A stretch of DNA of 64,000 bases from Flavobacterium sp. (GCF_031422135.1 NZ_JANOQD010000014.1:12969-76968); one strand, 5' to 3'; positions 27,576 through 38,106 are shown, numbered from the stretch's first letter. Translations and numbers: made by a program. The notes: generated by a model not told the origin, from the sequence alone.

Positions 27576-27811
27576 AATGTGGATAAAATCCCAACTCCAT
27601 TTTAAACCATCGTAGATAAACACATCGTTAAATAACTAGTTCATTTTTTAGTATTCTTTACACTTTAAGTTATGTTGTATCAATTTAATTGTGTACTTTT
27701 ATGGTTCACAAGTTAATGGAAGTCCAAACGATATAAAAAGGGGGTAAATTCGGTTACCCAATTTAAAATATAATTGCAAAATACTAAAATATAGCGCATT
27801 AGGGATTAAGT

Positions 27812-27832
27812 TTCAATCCCTCATCGCCCACA
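27812..27832 (+). other. Putative attR: tRNA 3'-end remnant (tRNA-Val-like)
   Basis: TTCAATCCCTC-ATCGCCC-A-CA resembles a T-loop/T-stem, the 3' acceptor strand complementary to 5'-GGGCGAT and the discriminator base; no 5' half of a tRNA upstream. Confidence 0.55.
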
Positions 27833-27853
27833 AGTATTACTACAATTAGTTTC

Positions 27854-27887
27854 AAAACCCTATAAGTCATATGATTTATAGGGTTTT
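27854..27887. terminator. Near-perfect palindrome just beyond att (terminator-like or recombination-associated)
   Basis: AAAACCCTATAA-gtcatatgat-TTATAGGGTTTT. Confidence 0.55.
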
Positions 27888-28229
27888 TCTATTAAGTTTA
27901 TAATTAAATTTTAGGATCTGAACCAATTAATTAGGGATAATTACTGAGATAGTAGGTAAATACAATGGTTCTATGTTTGGTATCTATGGAAAAGTAAGTT
28001 ATCCCATAGTGACATAATGAAATTTAATTGGAAATATGGAGCTAAAAGTAATACTAGGAAACAACTGCCACTGATGTTATGGCAAAAAATTGAATTATAA
28101 ATAGTCGAATCTTTTAAATACTGCTTAGTAATCAGGGTTAAAATACTGTATAAAAACAGGTATTTTCCCCGAAATATAAAAAAGGAATAGTTTGATATTT
28201 GTATCAATAAATAATTAAACTATTTAACT

Positions 28230-29345
28230 ATGAAAACAATTATATACATAATTTTGATTACATTATTCTCAGGATGTAACCTTTTTAAAACTATCGGTGA
28301 GATACCTAATACAGTCAATAAGACCGAAAATTTGATTGATGACGCTATTGCAGAAATTTCTAATCAATCCAGCAGTTGGCAAACTACATTGCAGGATTTA
28401 GAAGGGAAGTTAGTTGGTGATGCTCAAAGTACTGTTAGAACCGAAATACAAAACTTAGCAAGCAGAACCATTGCTGCGGCAGGAGCTGAATTTCGTTGCA
28501 ATAGTGATTTTTTGGGAGCACGCGTGATTCAAGGATTGCAGCGAATTAAAGCGAGGTTATTAAATCAGCCTATCCCAGAATTAAGACCTGTTTTTTGTAG
28601 TGTAATTCCACAAGAAATAACAATGTCTTTAGCGCCAGATAGAAGGAATAAGATTAATATTTCAGGGTATGATTTTGATAATCAGCCTAATTTAAAGCTA
28701 TTTTTACATTCAAATGGAAGAAAAACAGATCTTAGTCAGTTTATCAACAGAATAACACATTATGAAATTGTACTTAATTTGGGTAATAATGGTTTGGTAT
28801 TAAACAATGCTAGTGATAAAATTACTTTGGAGTATAATAATCAAGAGCTATCATCTATTCCTATTATTCAGCCTCAAATTCCTACTTGTATCGTTGAGGA
28901 TTACCAAATTCCCACAGCAACATATACCTTGGTTCCAGCTCATATACAAGGCGATAAGGATTTTTTTGGGCATGGTCCTAGAGTTGATTGTGATGTTAAA
29001 GCCACTATTGAAGGCAATATGATAAAAGTTCGAGTTTTTATGAAAGCGCAAGAAACGGCTTTCGATAATACAAAAGCTGAAGGGACTGAAGTTTACACTC
29101 TGTATACAGCTCCTTCCAATAGGAGAATTTTAAGTATTGTAAGTGATGACTCTTCATCTCAAAGCTATACTGATGGAAATCTTGAAGATGATTATTTTCA
29201 ACAAGGATCGGGAGAGTTTGTCAAACGCTTTGTTTTTACTGGAGATACAGCTTGGGGAGGTGAATCGGGAACAAAAACCAAAGTCGTTGTTGAGCTAAAC
29301 AGACTTTCCATTCGTTTGCAAGAAGTGGGGAATTGTACAAACTAA
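28230..29345 (+). CDS. Orphan multi-domain lipoprotein of unknown function
   Basis: Signal peptide II with lipobox LFSG-C; helical N-terminal region, beta-rich middle and C-terminal regions. Confidence 0.7.
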   Translation: MKTIIYIILITLFSGCNLFKTIGEIPNTVNKTENLIDDAIAEISNQSSSWQTTLQDLEGKLVGDAQSTVRTEIQNLASRTIAAAGAEFRCNSDFLGARVIQGLQRIKARLLNQPIPELRPVFCSVIPQEITMSLAPDRRNKINISGYDFDNQPNLKLFLHSNGRKTDLSQFINRITHYEIVLNLGNNGLVLNNASDKITLEYNNQELSSIPIIQPQIPTCIVEDYQIPTATYTLVPAHIQGDKDFFGHGPRVDCDVKATIEGNMIKVRVFMKAQETAFDNTKAEGTEVYTLYTAPSNRRILSIVSDDSSSQSYTDGNLEDDYFQQGSGEFVKRFVFTGDTAWGGESGTKTKVVVELNRLSIRLQEVGNCTN

Positions 29346-29385
29346 TGTTTGTTTAGCAATGGCAAAACTTTTGTATAAATTTCAC

Positions 29386-29426
29386 AAAAAAAGCAACAGT
29401 TAAAAAACTAAACTGTTGCTTTTTTT
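29386..29426. terminator. Bidirectional intrinsic terminator
   Basis: AAAAAAAGCAACAGTT / AACTGTTGCTTTTTTT between convergent genes. Confidence 0.75.
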
Positions 29427-29683
29427 GATGGTTTACTACGAAATTTTATAAATACTAAGAATGGTTTTTATTGGATTCATATATAGTTTAAAACCATACG
29501 TTTTTAGCGTATTTGCCTTTCAGAGTTTAAAAATTTTACCGATAATTCCCAAATCTAATAGTTAGAATTGTAAGGGTAATAAGTCATAAAACTAGTGATT
29601 TAGCTTTCTTGTTCCTGTTTTATCTTGCAGGCTTTCAGTTTGCAAAACCAAGTGTACGGACTTCTACTTTATGGTTTGATTCT

Positions 29684-30967
29684 TTAAAGCAATTCCAAAG
29701 TTCGTTCTAATGCCATTCCTCTTGAACCTTTAATTAAAATAGTATTGTTTTTAAAGGTTTGATTGCCAAGCTCTAATTTGAAATTTTCAAATGTTTCATA
29801 AAATTTTAGATTTGGATTGGATATTTTATTAGAATAAAAATCTTTACCAATTAAATAGGATTTTATCTCTGTTTTGTCTTTTAAAATAGTTACAATTGAT
29901 TTATGCTCTTCTATGCTTTCGTCTCCAAGCTCAAACATATCTCCTAAAATTGCAATTTTGTTTTCTGCTTCCAATTGAAATAGATTGTCAATCGCAGCTG
30001 ACATACTGCTAGGGTTGGCATTATAAGCGTCAAGTATTATAGTATTGGATTTTTTTTCGATTAATTGAGATCTGTTATTTTCAGGAATATAGTTTTCAAT
30101 GGCATTTTGTATAGCATCATCTTCAATGTTAAAATACTTGCCTATTGTTATTGCAGCATTAATATTGTTTGCATTGTATATTCCAATAAGTTGTGATTGT
30201 ATAGTAGTTGTATTATATTCAATTCTTACCATTGGGTTGGCTGATATTTTTTCAATTATAACATCAGAATTGCTTGCTTCTGAAAAAGTATAGCGCTTTA
30301 TTTCTTTTGATTTTTCATTCTGTATTGAATCGTCGCTATTTACGAACGCTGTTTTGTTATGCTCTTTTAAATAATCGTAGAGTTCACTTTTACCTTTGAT
30401 AACACCTTCAACACCACCAAAACCTTCTAAATGTGCTTTGCCAAAATTTGTAATGTAGCCAAAATCTGGCTCGGCTATAGTGCATAAAAATTCAATTTCT
30501 TTTTGATGATTGGCACCCATTTCAATGATACCAATATCAGTATCGTCTTTTAATCGTAATAAAGTTAAAGGAACACCAATATGATTGTTTAAATTTCCAA
30601 TGGTGGCTATCGTATTGTATTTTTTTGATAAAACAGAATAAATAAGCTCTTTAGTTGTAGTTTTCCCGTTGCTTCCAGTTAAGGCTATGATTGGTAATCC
30701 TAACTCTTTTCTATGATGATTTGCTAGTTCTTGCAGGGTTTTTAAACTATTATCTACAAGTATGATTTTAGAATCGTCAGTTTTATATTTCTTATCATCA
30801 ATGATGACATAAGCAGCCCCTTTTTGCAAAGCTACTTCTGCAAAAGTATTGGCGTCAAAATTATCTCCCTTTAAGGCTACAAAAAGACAGTTTTCTTCAA
30901 TTTTTCTAGTGTCAGTGCAAACTGAACTGCAGAATAAAAAATGGTTGTATATTTCTTCTATTTTCAT
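29684..30967 (-). CDS. murF: UDP-N-acetylmuramoyl-tripeptide--D-alanyl-D-alanine ligase
   Basis: TDTRKI, TGSNGKTTTKE, GNLNNHIGVPLTL, IEMGANH, DAYNANPSSM, KGSRGMALE. Confidence 0.96.
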   Translation of the reverse strand: MKIEEIYNHFLFCSSVCTDTRKIEENCLFVALKGDNFDANTFAEVALQKGAAYVIIDDKKYKTDDSKIILVDNSLKTLQELANHHRKELGLPIIALTGSNGKTTTKELIYSVLSKKYNTIATIGNLNNHIGVPLTLLRLKDDTDIGIIEMGANHQKEIEFLCTIAEPDFGYITNFGKAHLEGFGGVEGVIKGKSELYDYLKEHNKTAFVNSDDSIQNEKSKEIKRYTFSEASNSDVIIEKISANPMVRIEYNTTTIQSQLIGIYNANNINAAITIGKYFNIEDDAIQNAIENYIPENNRSQLIEKKSNTIILDAYNANPSSMSAAIDNLFQLEAENKIAILGDMFELGDESIEEHKSIVTILKDKTEIKSYLIGKDFYSNKISNPNLKFYETFENFKLELGNQTFKNNTILIKGSRGMALERTLELL

Positions 30968-30988
30968 ATTACGAAAGTACTAAAAAAT

Positions 30989-31012
30989 AAAAGCCCTTCG
31001 AAAAGGGCTTTT
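30989..31012 (-). terminator. Intrinsic terminator after gldJ
   Basis: AAAAGCCCTT-cgaa-AAGGGCTTTT. Confidence 0.7.
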
Positions 31013-31032
31013 AAATATTTTATGAAATAAAA

Positions 31033-32751
31033 TTAATTTCTTGGTCTTTTCTTGAAATCAGATTTAGCTCCAACTCTAGACATTGCACATCTAAAACCTA
31101 TATAGTCCGTTGAGATATCCTGTTGGCAAAATCTTCTTTGTGCTGGATCTAACCAGTAAGCTCTGTCTTTCCATGAACCACCTTTGTATACACGAACGTC
31201 ATCGCCAATAAGTGTAGTTCTTTTAGTAGATTTATCAAAAGTCTTAAGAACTTTACCTGTTGAATCTTTTGAGATACTGTGTTGAGGTGAATCGTACATT
31301 TTCTTAACTTTCTTAGGGTCGTCTTCTGCGGTTCCAAAATCAAAGAAACGAGTAGACTGCTTGTCTCCATCACGATAGTTTATCTCATCACTTTTATCGA
31401 AATTTTGTCTTAAGTAAGTCTCGTTCTGATCAACAGGAATACGAGCAATTTCTCCTGGCTTATTTCTTGCTATAATTTTTCCGTTACTTAATGTATCGTA
31501 TTTAATTTTGTCGGCAGTTATAAATTCGATTTTGCCGTCTTCGCCAATTTTGTTTTTACTATATACGTTTCCACGGAAATAGTTAAAATCATTCGCTTCG
31601 TCATCAACTATTGGCCTGTATACATCTTGAACCCATTCTGCAACGTTTCCAGCCATATCATACAATCCAAAATCATTTGGAGCATAAGATTTTACAGCGC
31701 CTGTAATATCTGCACCGTCATCAGACCATCCAGCTATTCCTCCATAATCTCCTTTTCCTTGTTTGAAGTTAGCAAGTTGATCTCCTTTTGTACTTCTTTT
31801 CCCAGATCTTGTGTATGCTCCTCTCCAAGGGTATTTCTTTTGACCTCTGTATATATTGTATTCTCTATTTCCTACATCAGCTGCTGCTGCATATTCCCAT
31901 TCTGCTTCTGTTGGGAGTCTGTATTCAGGTAATATAATTCCAGAGCTTCTTTGTGCATATACATTTTTTGGACCATCACTTCCAGCTCCAACGGAAGTGG
32001 AATCTGTTGAATTTGATTTTGCTGATTTTTTAGCTCTTGTTCCACGTGCAGATTTTTGCAATACTATTTCCTCATTACCACCAAATGAGGTAGATGGTGA
32101 ATTTAAGTACGAATCTGTACTAAAAGTGTTTTCCGCATCTACATCAACAATTTTAGCTCCTTTTTTTAAGAATCCTTCTCTTTCAAGTACATTCTCGTTT
32201 ACTCTGTCCGTTCTCCATACTGAAAATTCAGTAGCTTGAATCCAGTTAACTCCTACAACTGGGTAGTAAGCATAAGCTGGGTGACGCAAGTAATTATTTG
32301 TCATTGTTTCATTGTATCCAAGACGGTTTCTCCATACCAATGTATCTGGTAAAGCACCTTCGTAAATATTTTTATAATTTTCTTCTGTTGGTGGAAATAC
32401 TCTTTTCAACCATTCAAGATACTCAGTATATTGAATGTTTGTAACTTCCGTTTCGTCCATATAAAAAGACTGAACGTGTTGTTGTGTTGGGGAATTGTTC
32501 CAATCGTGCATTGGGTCGTCTTGAACTTTTCCCATTGTAAATGTTCCGCCTTCAACTAAAATTAATCCCGGAGCAGTTTCTTGCTTTACGAAATTAGAAT
32601 TGTATTGGAAGCCTCCATTTGGGTCGTTAATTTTCCATCCTGTAGCAGATGAAATGTTTTTCGAGTTAGACTTTTTACTACAACTAGTAAATCCTAATAG
32701 AACTATTAATGAAAATAGTACTCTTAAAGTCACAATTTTGTTTACTTTCAT
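31033..32751 (-). CDS. gldJ: Gliding motility lipoprotein GldJ
   Basis: Lipobox FTSC; FGE-sulfatase fold motifs YRLPTEAEWEYAA and GLYDMAGNVAEW; murF-gldJ-porU-porV synteny. Confidence 0.92.
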   Translation of the reverse strand: MKVNKIVTLRVLFSLIVLLGFTSCSKKSNSKNISSATGWKINDPNGGFQYNSNFVKQETAPGLILVEGGTFTMGKVQDDPMHDWNNSPTQQHVQSFYMDETEVTNIQYTEYLEWLKRVFPPTEENYKNIYEGALPDTLVWRNRLGYNETMTNNYLRHPAYAYYPVVGVNWIQATEFSVWRTDRVNENVLEREGFLKKGAKIVDVDAENTFSTDSYLNSPSTSFGGNEEIVLQKSARGTRAKKSAKSNSTDSTSVGAGSDGPKNVYAQRSSGIILPEYRLPTEAEWEYAAAADVGNREYNIYRGQKKYPWRGAYTRSGKRSTKGDQLANFKQGKGDYGGIAGWSDDGADITGAVKSYAPNDFGLYDMAGNVAEWVQDVYRPIVDDEANDFNYFRGNVYSKNKIGEDGKIEFITADKIKYDTLSNGKIIARNKPGEIARIPVDQNETYLRQNFDKSDEINYRDGDKQSTRFFDFGTAEDDPKKVKKMYDSPQHSISKDSTGKVLKTFDKSTKRTTLIGDDVRVYKGGSWKDRAYWLDPAQRRFCQQDISTDYIGFRCAMSRVGAKSDFKKRPRN

Positions 32752-32953
32752 ACTTTTAGTAGGTAATTATTTTGTGGCGCAATATAAGAATAAACCATAA
32801 CATTGCAACACATTTTTTACAAATATTAAAAAAATCTTAAAATTTTTTATTTTAAGAATTAAATTTATAACGATATTAGAGTAAGGATATTGTTTAAAAA
32901 GATTTATTTTTGTTTTTTAAAATAAACGGTTTTATTTTACGTTACCTTTTTAT

Positions 32954-35900
32954 ATGAAAAAATTTTTTACTTTTTTAGTATTGTTTCTTTTTCAATTTTC
33001 TTATTCTCAAGTAAATAAAGAATTTAAAATTGATTGGAAAGATGGGGGTTTTTTTGTTTCAGAAAAATCAAGTATTGACATTCCGCATTTTAATTCAGAT
33101 TGTTTTGTCTATGATGATTTAAAAAAAACAATTCTGTATTCAAATAGGTTTGAGGTTTCGTCAGAAATTGATGAGAAAAATATTGCTATTACAAATATGG
33201 TATACGAAGCTGTTGCCGAAAGTAGTTTGGGAATTTTAAACAAATCATATATTTCTAGTTCTCATAACATTTCTGTTCAAAATTCCATTGCCAGAGACCT
33301 AATTTATGGAGTTTTGACACTCTCGCCTATTATTAAGGAAGGAAATAGTTATAAAAGAATAAAATCATTTACTTATACATACACTAATGGGAGTTCAATG
33401 AATAGAATTTCTAATAGGAATGTCAATACAGTTTCAAGTTCTGTTATGAAAACAGGTATCTGGAAAAGATTTTATATTCAAAAATCAGGGGTTTATAAAA
33501 TATCGAAAGCTTTTTTAGTATCGCTAGGATTTGATGTTAATGTAAATCCGAAAAACATAAAAATTTATGGGAATGGAGGTAGAATGCTTCCGTTGCTTAA
33601 TTCTGAATCATATCCAATTGATATTGCTGAAAATGCCATTTATTTTAATGGAGAGGAAGATGGAATGTTTAATGATTTTGATTACATTTTGTTTTATGCT
33701 GAGGGTATGGACAATTGGAGTGCCGAAAATCAAACGCATCTTAACTTATATTCTGACAAATCGTATTATTATGTCACATCGAGCGGTGCTTCTGGAAAGA
33801 GAATTACTCCGATTTCTGAGTCACAAAATCCAATAAATAAGACATTTACAACTTTTGATAATTATGCTTTTCACGAAATAGACAAAGTGAATATACTCAA
33901 GCTAGGTAGAAGATGGTTCGGTGAAGATTTTGATGTGGATAACGAGCAAACTTTTCAATTTCAAATTCCAAATATTGTAACCACAATTCCTGTTCAAGTT
34001 AGGATTCAATCCGCAGCAACGGTATCGAATAATACCTCATTTAGTGTTAAAGCAAACAATCTAGACATAGGAAATATAAATCTTAACTATTCTCCTGGTG
34101 CTGAGGCTGTAGAGTCTTTATTGAATACAACATTTACAGTAGCAAATTCAAACATAGGGATAAGTTTAAATTATAATAACGCAGGAGTTCCTAGTAACAA
34201 TGCTTTTCTGGATTATATAACACTTAAAGCAAAAAGTGATTTAAAAGGTTTTGGTAAGCAATTTAGATTTACTGTAAACGAAGTTGCATCTTCTATAGGC
34301 ACTTGTGAATATCAGATAAGCTCAGCTTCTGCAATAGGTCAAGTATGGGATATAACAGATATTTACAACGTAAAGAGTAAGATAAATGCCAATCAATCTT
34401 CCATCACTTTAAAAGCTCAAATGGGTGAAAATAGAAATTACATCGCGGTTGATAATTTTGATTTTTATTATCCATTAAAAGATTCAAATTCGTTAGTTTT
34501 TAATCAAGATGTTAAAGGGGTAATTTTTCAAAATGCACAAGGTGTTTTTCAAGATGTTGATTACTTGATAGTAACTCCTTATTCATTAAGAACTCAAGCT
34601 GAAAAGTTGGCTAATTTTCACAGAGTGAAATCCAATTTAAATGTAAAAGTAGTAGTAATAGAAGCTTTGTATCAAGAATTTTCGTCTGGAAAACAAGATA
34701 TTGGTGCGGTTAGAAACTTTGTTAAATATGTGTATGATAATGCTTCTGACCCTGCAAAAAGAGTAAAATATTTATGTCTTTTTGGAGACGCCTCTTACGA
34801 TTTTAAAGACAGGATACCTAACAATACTAATATCGTCCCAATATTCCACGCTTTGAATAGTTTTTCATTGTCAGGTTCTTTTATTTCTGACGATTATTTT
34901 GTTTCAATGAATGCGAATGAGGGAAATATGATTGGTTCTCCAGGGCTTGATTTAGCTGTAGGGAGGATACTGGCTTCAAATTCATTTCAAGCCGAACAAT
35001 TAGTAAATAAAATAATTGAGTATCACGATCAAAAATCATATGGAAAATGGCGAAATAATTTAGTCCTAATTTCTGATGATATTGACAAGAGCAGTGACAA
35101 AACAATTCAAACAGATTTGAATTTTTTAGCAGATAAAATTGCTCTTGAAAAACCTTTTTTTAATGTCAAAAAGATACATGCCGATTCGTATGTGCAGGAA
35201 ACTACTTCAGGTGGTCAGAAATATCCAAAAGCACGAACGGATTTTGTAAACTCTTTTGATCAAGGAACCTTAGTTGTTGATTATTTTGGACACGGTGGAG
35301 AAGACGGACTAGCAGGAGAAAGAATATTTGAGCGGTTAGATGCTATAAATTTGAATAACAAATACAAATATCCCTTGTTCGTAACAGTAACTTGTGAGTT
35401 TACTCGGTTTGATAACCCTTATAGACCAACATCTGGAGAAGCTGTATACTGGAATCCAAGTGGAGGTGCCGTTTCAATGGTAACAACAACCCGACAAATA
35501 GGACAAAGTACAGGTGCTGGTTTTAATTTAAACTTGGCTTCAAAACTATTTTCGTATGGTTCAAACAATTATCCCTCTATTGCAGAGGCGGTTAGATTAA
35601 CCAAAAATTCTTCTGCAAATTCCGGAAACAATGTAGTATTTTATATAGGCGATCCTGCTTTGAAATTAGCCATTCCTAAACCAAAAATAAGATTGACAAA
35701 AATTAACGATGTGCCTATTGCTCTCATAGTCAATCCAATAAGCGCTCTGAGTTATGCTAAACTAACAGGTGAAGTGGTCGATGAATTTGATGCTGTTTTA
35801 ACTGCCTATAACGGTGAATTAGCGGTTAATATTTTTGACAAACAAGTGAATAGAAGTACATTGGGAAATGATGGGTATGCGGAAGGTGGAATATTGCAAA

Positions 35901-36778
35901 TAATGCCTTTTACAACACTTGGCGAAACTATATTTAGAGGAAATGCATCGGTTAAGAACGGGCTTTTTGAATTTGGTTTTGTAGTGTCTCGTGATATAAA
36001 AATACCAGTTGGAAATGGAAAGGTTAGTTTCTATGCTAAAAATAATGCAGTGCCAGAAGATCAAACAGGGTATGATTTTAATATAAAAATAGGAGGAATA
36101 AATACAAATGCTGTTGCAGATAATCTAGCGCCAAGAGTTAGGCTGTATATGAATGACGAAGCATTTGTTTCAGGCGGAATTACAAATGAGTCCCCCTTGT
36201 TTCTGGCTATTCTTGAAGATGAAAATGGAATAAATACAGCTAGCGGAATAGGGCATGATATTATTGCATATCTGGATGGTGATGAGACCAAACCCTATGT
36301 TTTGAATGATTTTTACGAAACGGAATTGGATGATTATACCAAAGGAAAACTGAAGTATCCATTCCGAAATTTAGCTGTTGGATTGCATACTTTAACATTT
36401 AAAGCGTGGGATGTATACAATAATTTAATTACTTCCGAGTTACAGTTTATAGTTGTAGGTGATCAAACCCTAACATTGACAAACGTTTTAAATTATCCAA
36501 ACCCATTTGTAAATCATACAGAGTTTTGGTTCACGCACAATAAGCCATTTGAACCATTAGATGTTCAAGTGCAAGTATTGACAATTACTGGGAAAGTAGT
36601 GTGGACAAAAAGTCAGCTGGTAACCAACGATGGTTTTACATCAAGAGATTTAACTTGGGATGGGCGCGATGATTTTGGTGATAAAATAGGCAAGGGAGTT
36701 TATGTTTACAAGCTAACTGTTAGATCAACAATTACAAATAAAAAAACTGAAAAGTTTGAGAAATTAGTAATACTTTGA
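32954..36778 (+). CDS. porU: Type IX secretion system sortase PorU (C25 gingipain-like, T9SS C-terminal domain)
   Basis: YLCLFGDASYD, DYFGHGGE, TVTCEF; C-terminal LNYPNPF...WDGRDDFGDKIGKGVYVYKL. Confidence 0.93.
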   Translation: MKKFFTFLVLFLFQFSYSQVNKEFKIDWKDGGFFVSEKSSIDIPHFNSDCFVYDDLKKTILYSNRFEVSSEIDEKNIAITNMVYEAVAESSLGILNKSYISSSHNISVQNSIARDLIYGVLTLSPIIKEGNSYKRIKSFTYTYTNGSSMNRISNRNVNTVSSSVMKTGIWKRFYIQKSGVYKISKAFLVSLGFDVNVNPKNIKIYGNGGRMLPLLNSESYPIDIAENAIYFNGEEDGMFNDFDYILFYAEGMDNWSAENQTHLNLYSDKSYYYVTSSGASGKRITPISESQNPINKTFTTFDNYAFHEIDKVNILKLGRRWFGEDFDVDNEQTFQFQIPNIVTTIPVQVRIQSAATVSNNTSFSVKANNLDIGNINLNYSPGAEAVESLLNTTFTVANSNIGISLNYNNAGVPSNNAFLDYITLKAKSDLKGFGKQFRFTVNEVASSIGTCEYQISSASAIGQVWDITDIYNVKSKINANQSSITLKAQMGENRNYIAVDNFDFYYPLKDSNSLVFNQDVKGVIFQNAQGVFQDVDYLIVTPYSLRTQAEKLANFHRVKSNLNVKVVVIEALYQEFSSGKQDIGAVRNFVKYVYDNASDPAKRVKYLCLFGDASYDFKDRIPNNTNIVPIFHALNSFSLSGSFISDDYFVSMNANEGNMIGSPGLDLAVGRILASNSFQAEQLVNKIIEYHDQKSYGKWRNNLVLISDDIDKSSDKTIQTDLNFLADKIALEKPFFNVKKIHADSYVQETTSGGQKYPKARTDFVNSFDQGTLVVDYFGHGGEDGLAGERIFERLDAINLNNKYKYPLFVTVTCEFTRFDNPYRPTSGEAVYWNPSGGAVSMVTTTRQIGQSTGAGFNLNLASKLFSYGSNNYPSIAEAVRLTKNSSANSGNNVVFYIGDPALKLAIPKPKIRLTKINDVPIALIVNPISALSYAKLTGEVVDEFDAVLTAYNGELAVNIFDKQVNRSTLGNDGYAEGGILQIMPFTTLGETIFRGNASVKNGLFEFGFVVSRDIKIPVGNGKVSFYAKNNAVPEDQTGYDFNIKIGGINTNAVADNLAPRVRLYMNDEAFVSGGITNESPLFLAILEDENGINTASGIGHDIIAYLDGDETKPYVLNDFYETELDDYTKGKLKYPFRNLAVGLHTLTFKAWDVYNNLITSELQFIVVGDQTLTLTNVLNYPNPFVNHTEFWFTHNKPFEPLDVQVQVLTITGKVVWTKSQLVTNDGFTSRDLTWDGRDDFGDKIGKGVYVYKLTVRSTITNKKTEKFEKLVIL

Positions 36779-36819
36779 TAAAAGAATATATATTTGTTAA
36801 TTATTATACCAAAAAATAA

Positions 36820-38031
36820 ATGAAAAGAATTGTTTTAATACTCACAGGATTATTAATTTTTGTTAATGTAAACGCTCAAACTGATAGGCCAATATCTACT
36901 GGAGTTCCATTTTTACTTATTGCTGCTGATGCTCGTGCTGCGGGTATGGGAGATAATGGTGTGGCTACTTCGCCTGATGCGTTTTCGCAACAATACAATC
37001 CAGCAAAATACGCGTTTTCGCTCAAAAAGCAAGGTTTTTCAGTAAGTTACACACCATATCTTACCGCTCTAGTGAATGACATATCATTGGGACAACTTAC
37101 TTATTTTAATAGATTTAATGAACGAAGTGCTTTTGCGACAAGTTTACGTTATTTTGGATTGGGTGAAATTCAATTAACTGACGAATCTGCAAATTTACTA
37201 AATACAGTAAGTCCAAACGAATTTGCTATAGATTTATCCTATTCATTACAATTAAGCGAAAAATTCTCAATGGGAATTGCAGCAAGATATATCAGGTCAA
37301 ATTTAAGGATTCCTACCGTGACAAATGATGCTTCTTCAGCAAATAGCTTTGCTATTGATGTTGCTGGATTTTATCAATCGCCAGAAATTGCTTTTAATGA
37401 TTTTAATGGTCGCTGGAGAGCAGGTTTTAATTTTCAGAATATGGGACCAAAGCTTTCGTATGATGCCACAGTTTCAGATATAGATAAAACAGCTAATTTT
37501 TTACCTGCAAATATGCGAATTGGTGGTGGTTTTGATTTTATATTGGACGATTATAATAAAATAGGAGTCAATCTCGAGTTTTCAAAATTGCTTGTGCCAA
37601 CACCACAAGAGCCAGGATTGCCAGTAGATGTAAATGGAGACGGTGATTTTACTGATTCAGAAGATATTACTCTTTCAGAGCGTATTGCCGAAAACAATAC
37701 GGCTTATCGCTCTCAAGGTTGGACGTCAGGAATTTTTAAATCGTTTAACGATGCCCCTGATGGTTTTAGCGAAGAACTAAAAGAGTTTACATACGCTATT
37801 GGAGCAGAATACTGGTATCAAGATGCTTTTGCAATGCGATTGGGATACTTTCACGAAAGTGAGCAAAAAGGAAAAAGAAAATACTTTACTCTAGGAGCTG
37901 GATTCAAGTACAATGTGGTTGGTTTAGATGTTTCGTATTTATTCTCTACTTCAAAAGTCCCTAATCCTTTAGAAAACACACTTCGTTTCTCTTTAACATT
38001 CAATTTTGGAGATGATTATGATGAATATTAA
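36820..38031 (+). CDS. porV: T9SS outer-membrane shuttle PorV
   Basis: TGVPFLLIAADARAAGMGD...NPAKYAF; C-terminal NPLENTLRFSLTF; follows porU. Confidence 0.93.
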   Translation: MKRIVLILTGLLIFVNVNAQTDRPISTGVPFLLIAADARAAGMGDNGVATSPDAFSQQYNPAKYAFSLKKQGFSVSYTPYLTALVNDISLGQLTYFNRFNERSAFATSLRYFGLGEIQLTDESANLLNTVSPNEFAIDLSYSLQLSEKFSMGIAARYIRSNLRIPTVTNDASSANSFAIDVAGFYQSPEIAFNDFNGRWRAGFNFQNMGPKLSYDATVSDIDKTANFLPANMRIGGGFDFILDDYNKIGVNLEFSKLLVPTPQEPGLPVDVNGDGDFTDSEDITLSERIAENNTAYRSQGWTSGIFKSFNDAPDGFSEELKEFTYAIGAEYWYQDAFAMRLGYFHESEQKGKRKYFTLGAGFKYNVVGLDVSYLFSTSKVPNPLENTLRFSLTFNFGDDYDEY

Positions 38032-38052
38032 TAGTAACATAATTTAAATAGT

Positions 38053-38088
38053 AATCCAAGTTTCATTTCTGAGATTTGGATTTTTTTT
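38053..38088 (+). terminator. Intrinsic terminator after porV
   Basis: AATCCAAGTTTCA / TGAGATTTGGATT stem followed by a T run. Confidence 0.6.
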
Positions 38089-38106
38089 CCCTTATAAACG
38101 TAGCCT

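Larger units (their letters stand above)
1..27832. mobile_element. Integrative element / defence island (right part; integrase and left end presumably outside the window)
   Basis: Excisionase-like HTH, initiator and DnaC-like ATPase; very AT-rich defence cargo; lysis-like cassette; ends at a tRNA 3'-end-like sequence (27812-27832); core genes resume at murF. Confidence 0.8.

Noticed and set aside
27790-27840. Intact tRNA gene
   Set aside because: Only a 3'-end-like segment is present, with no D-arm, anticodon arm or 5' acceptor strand.
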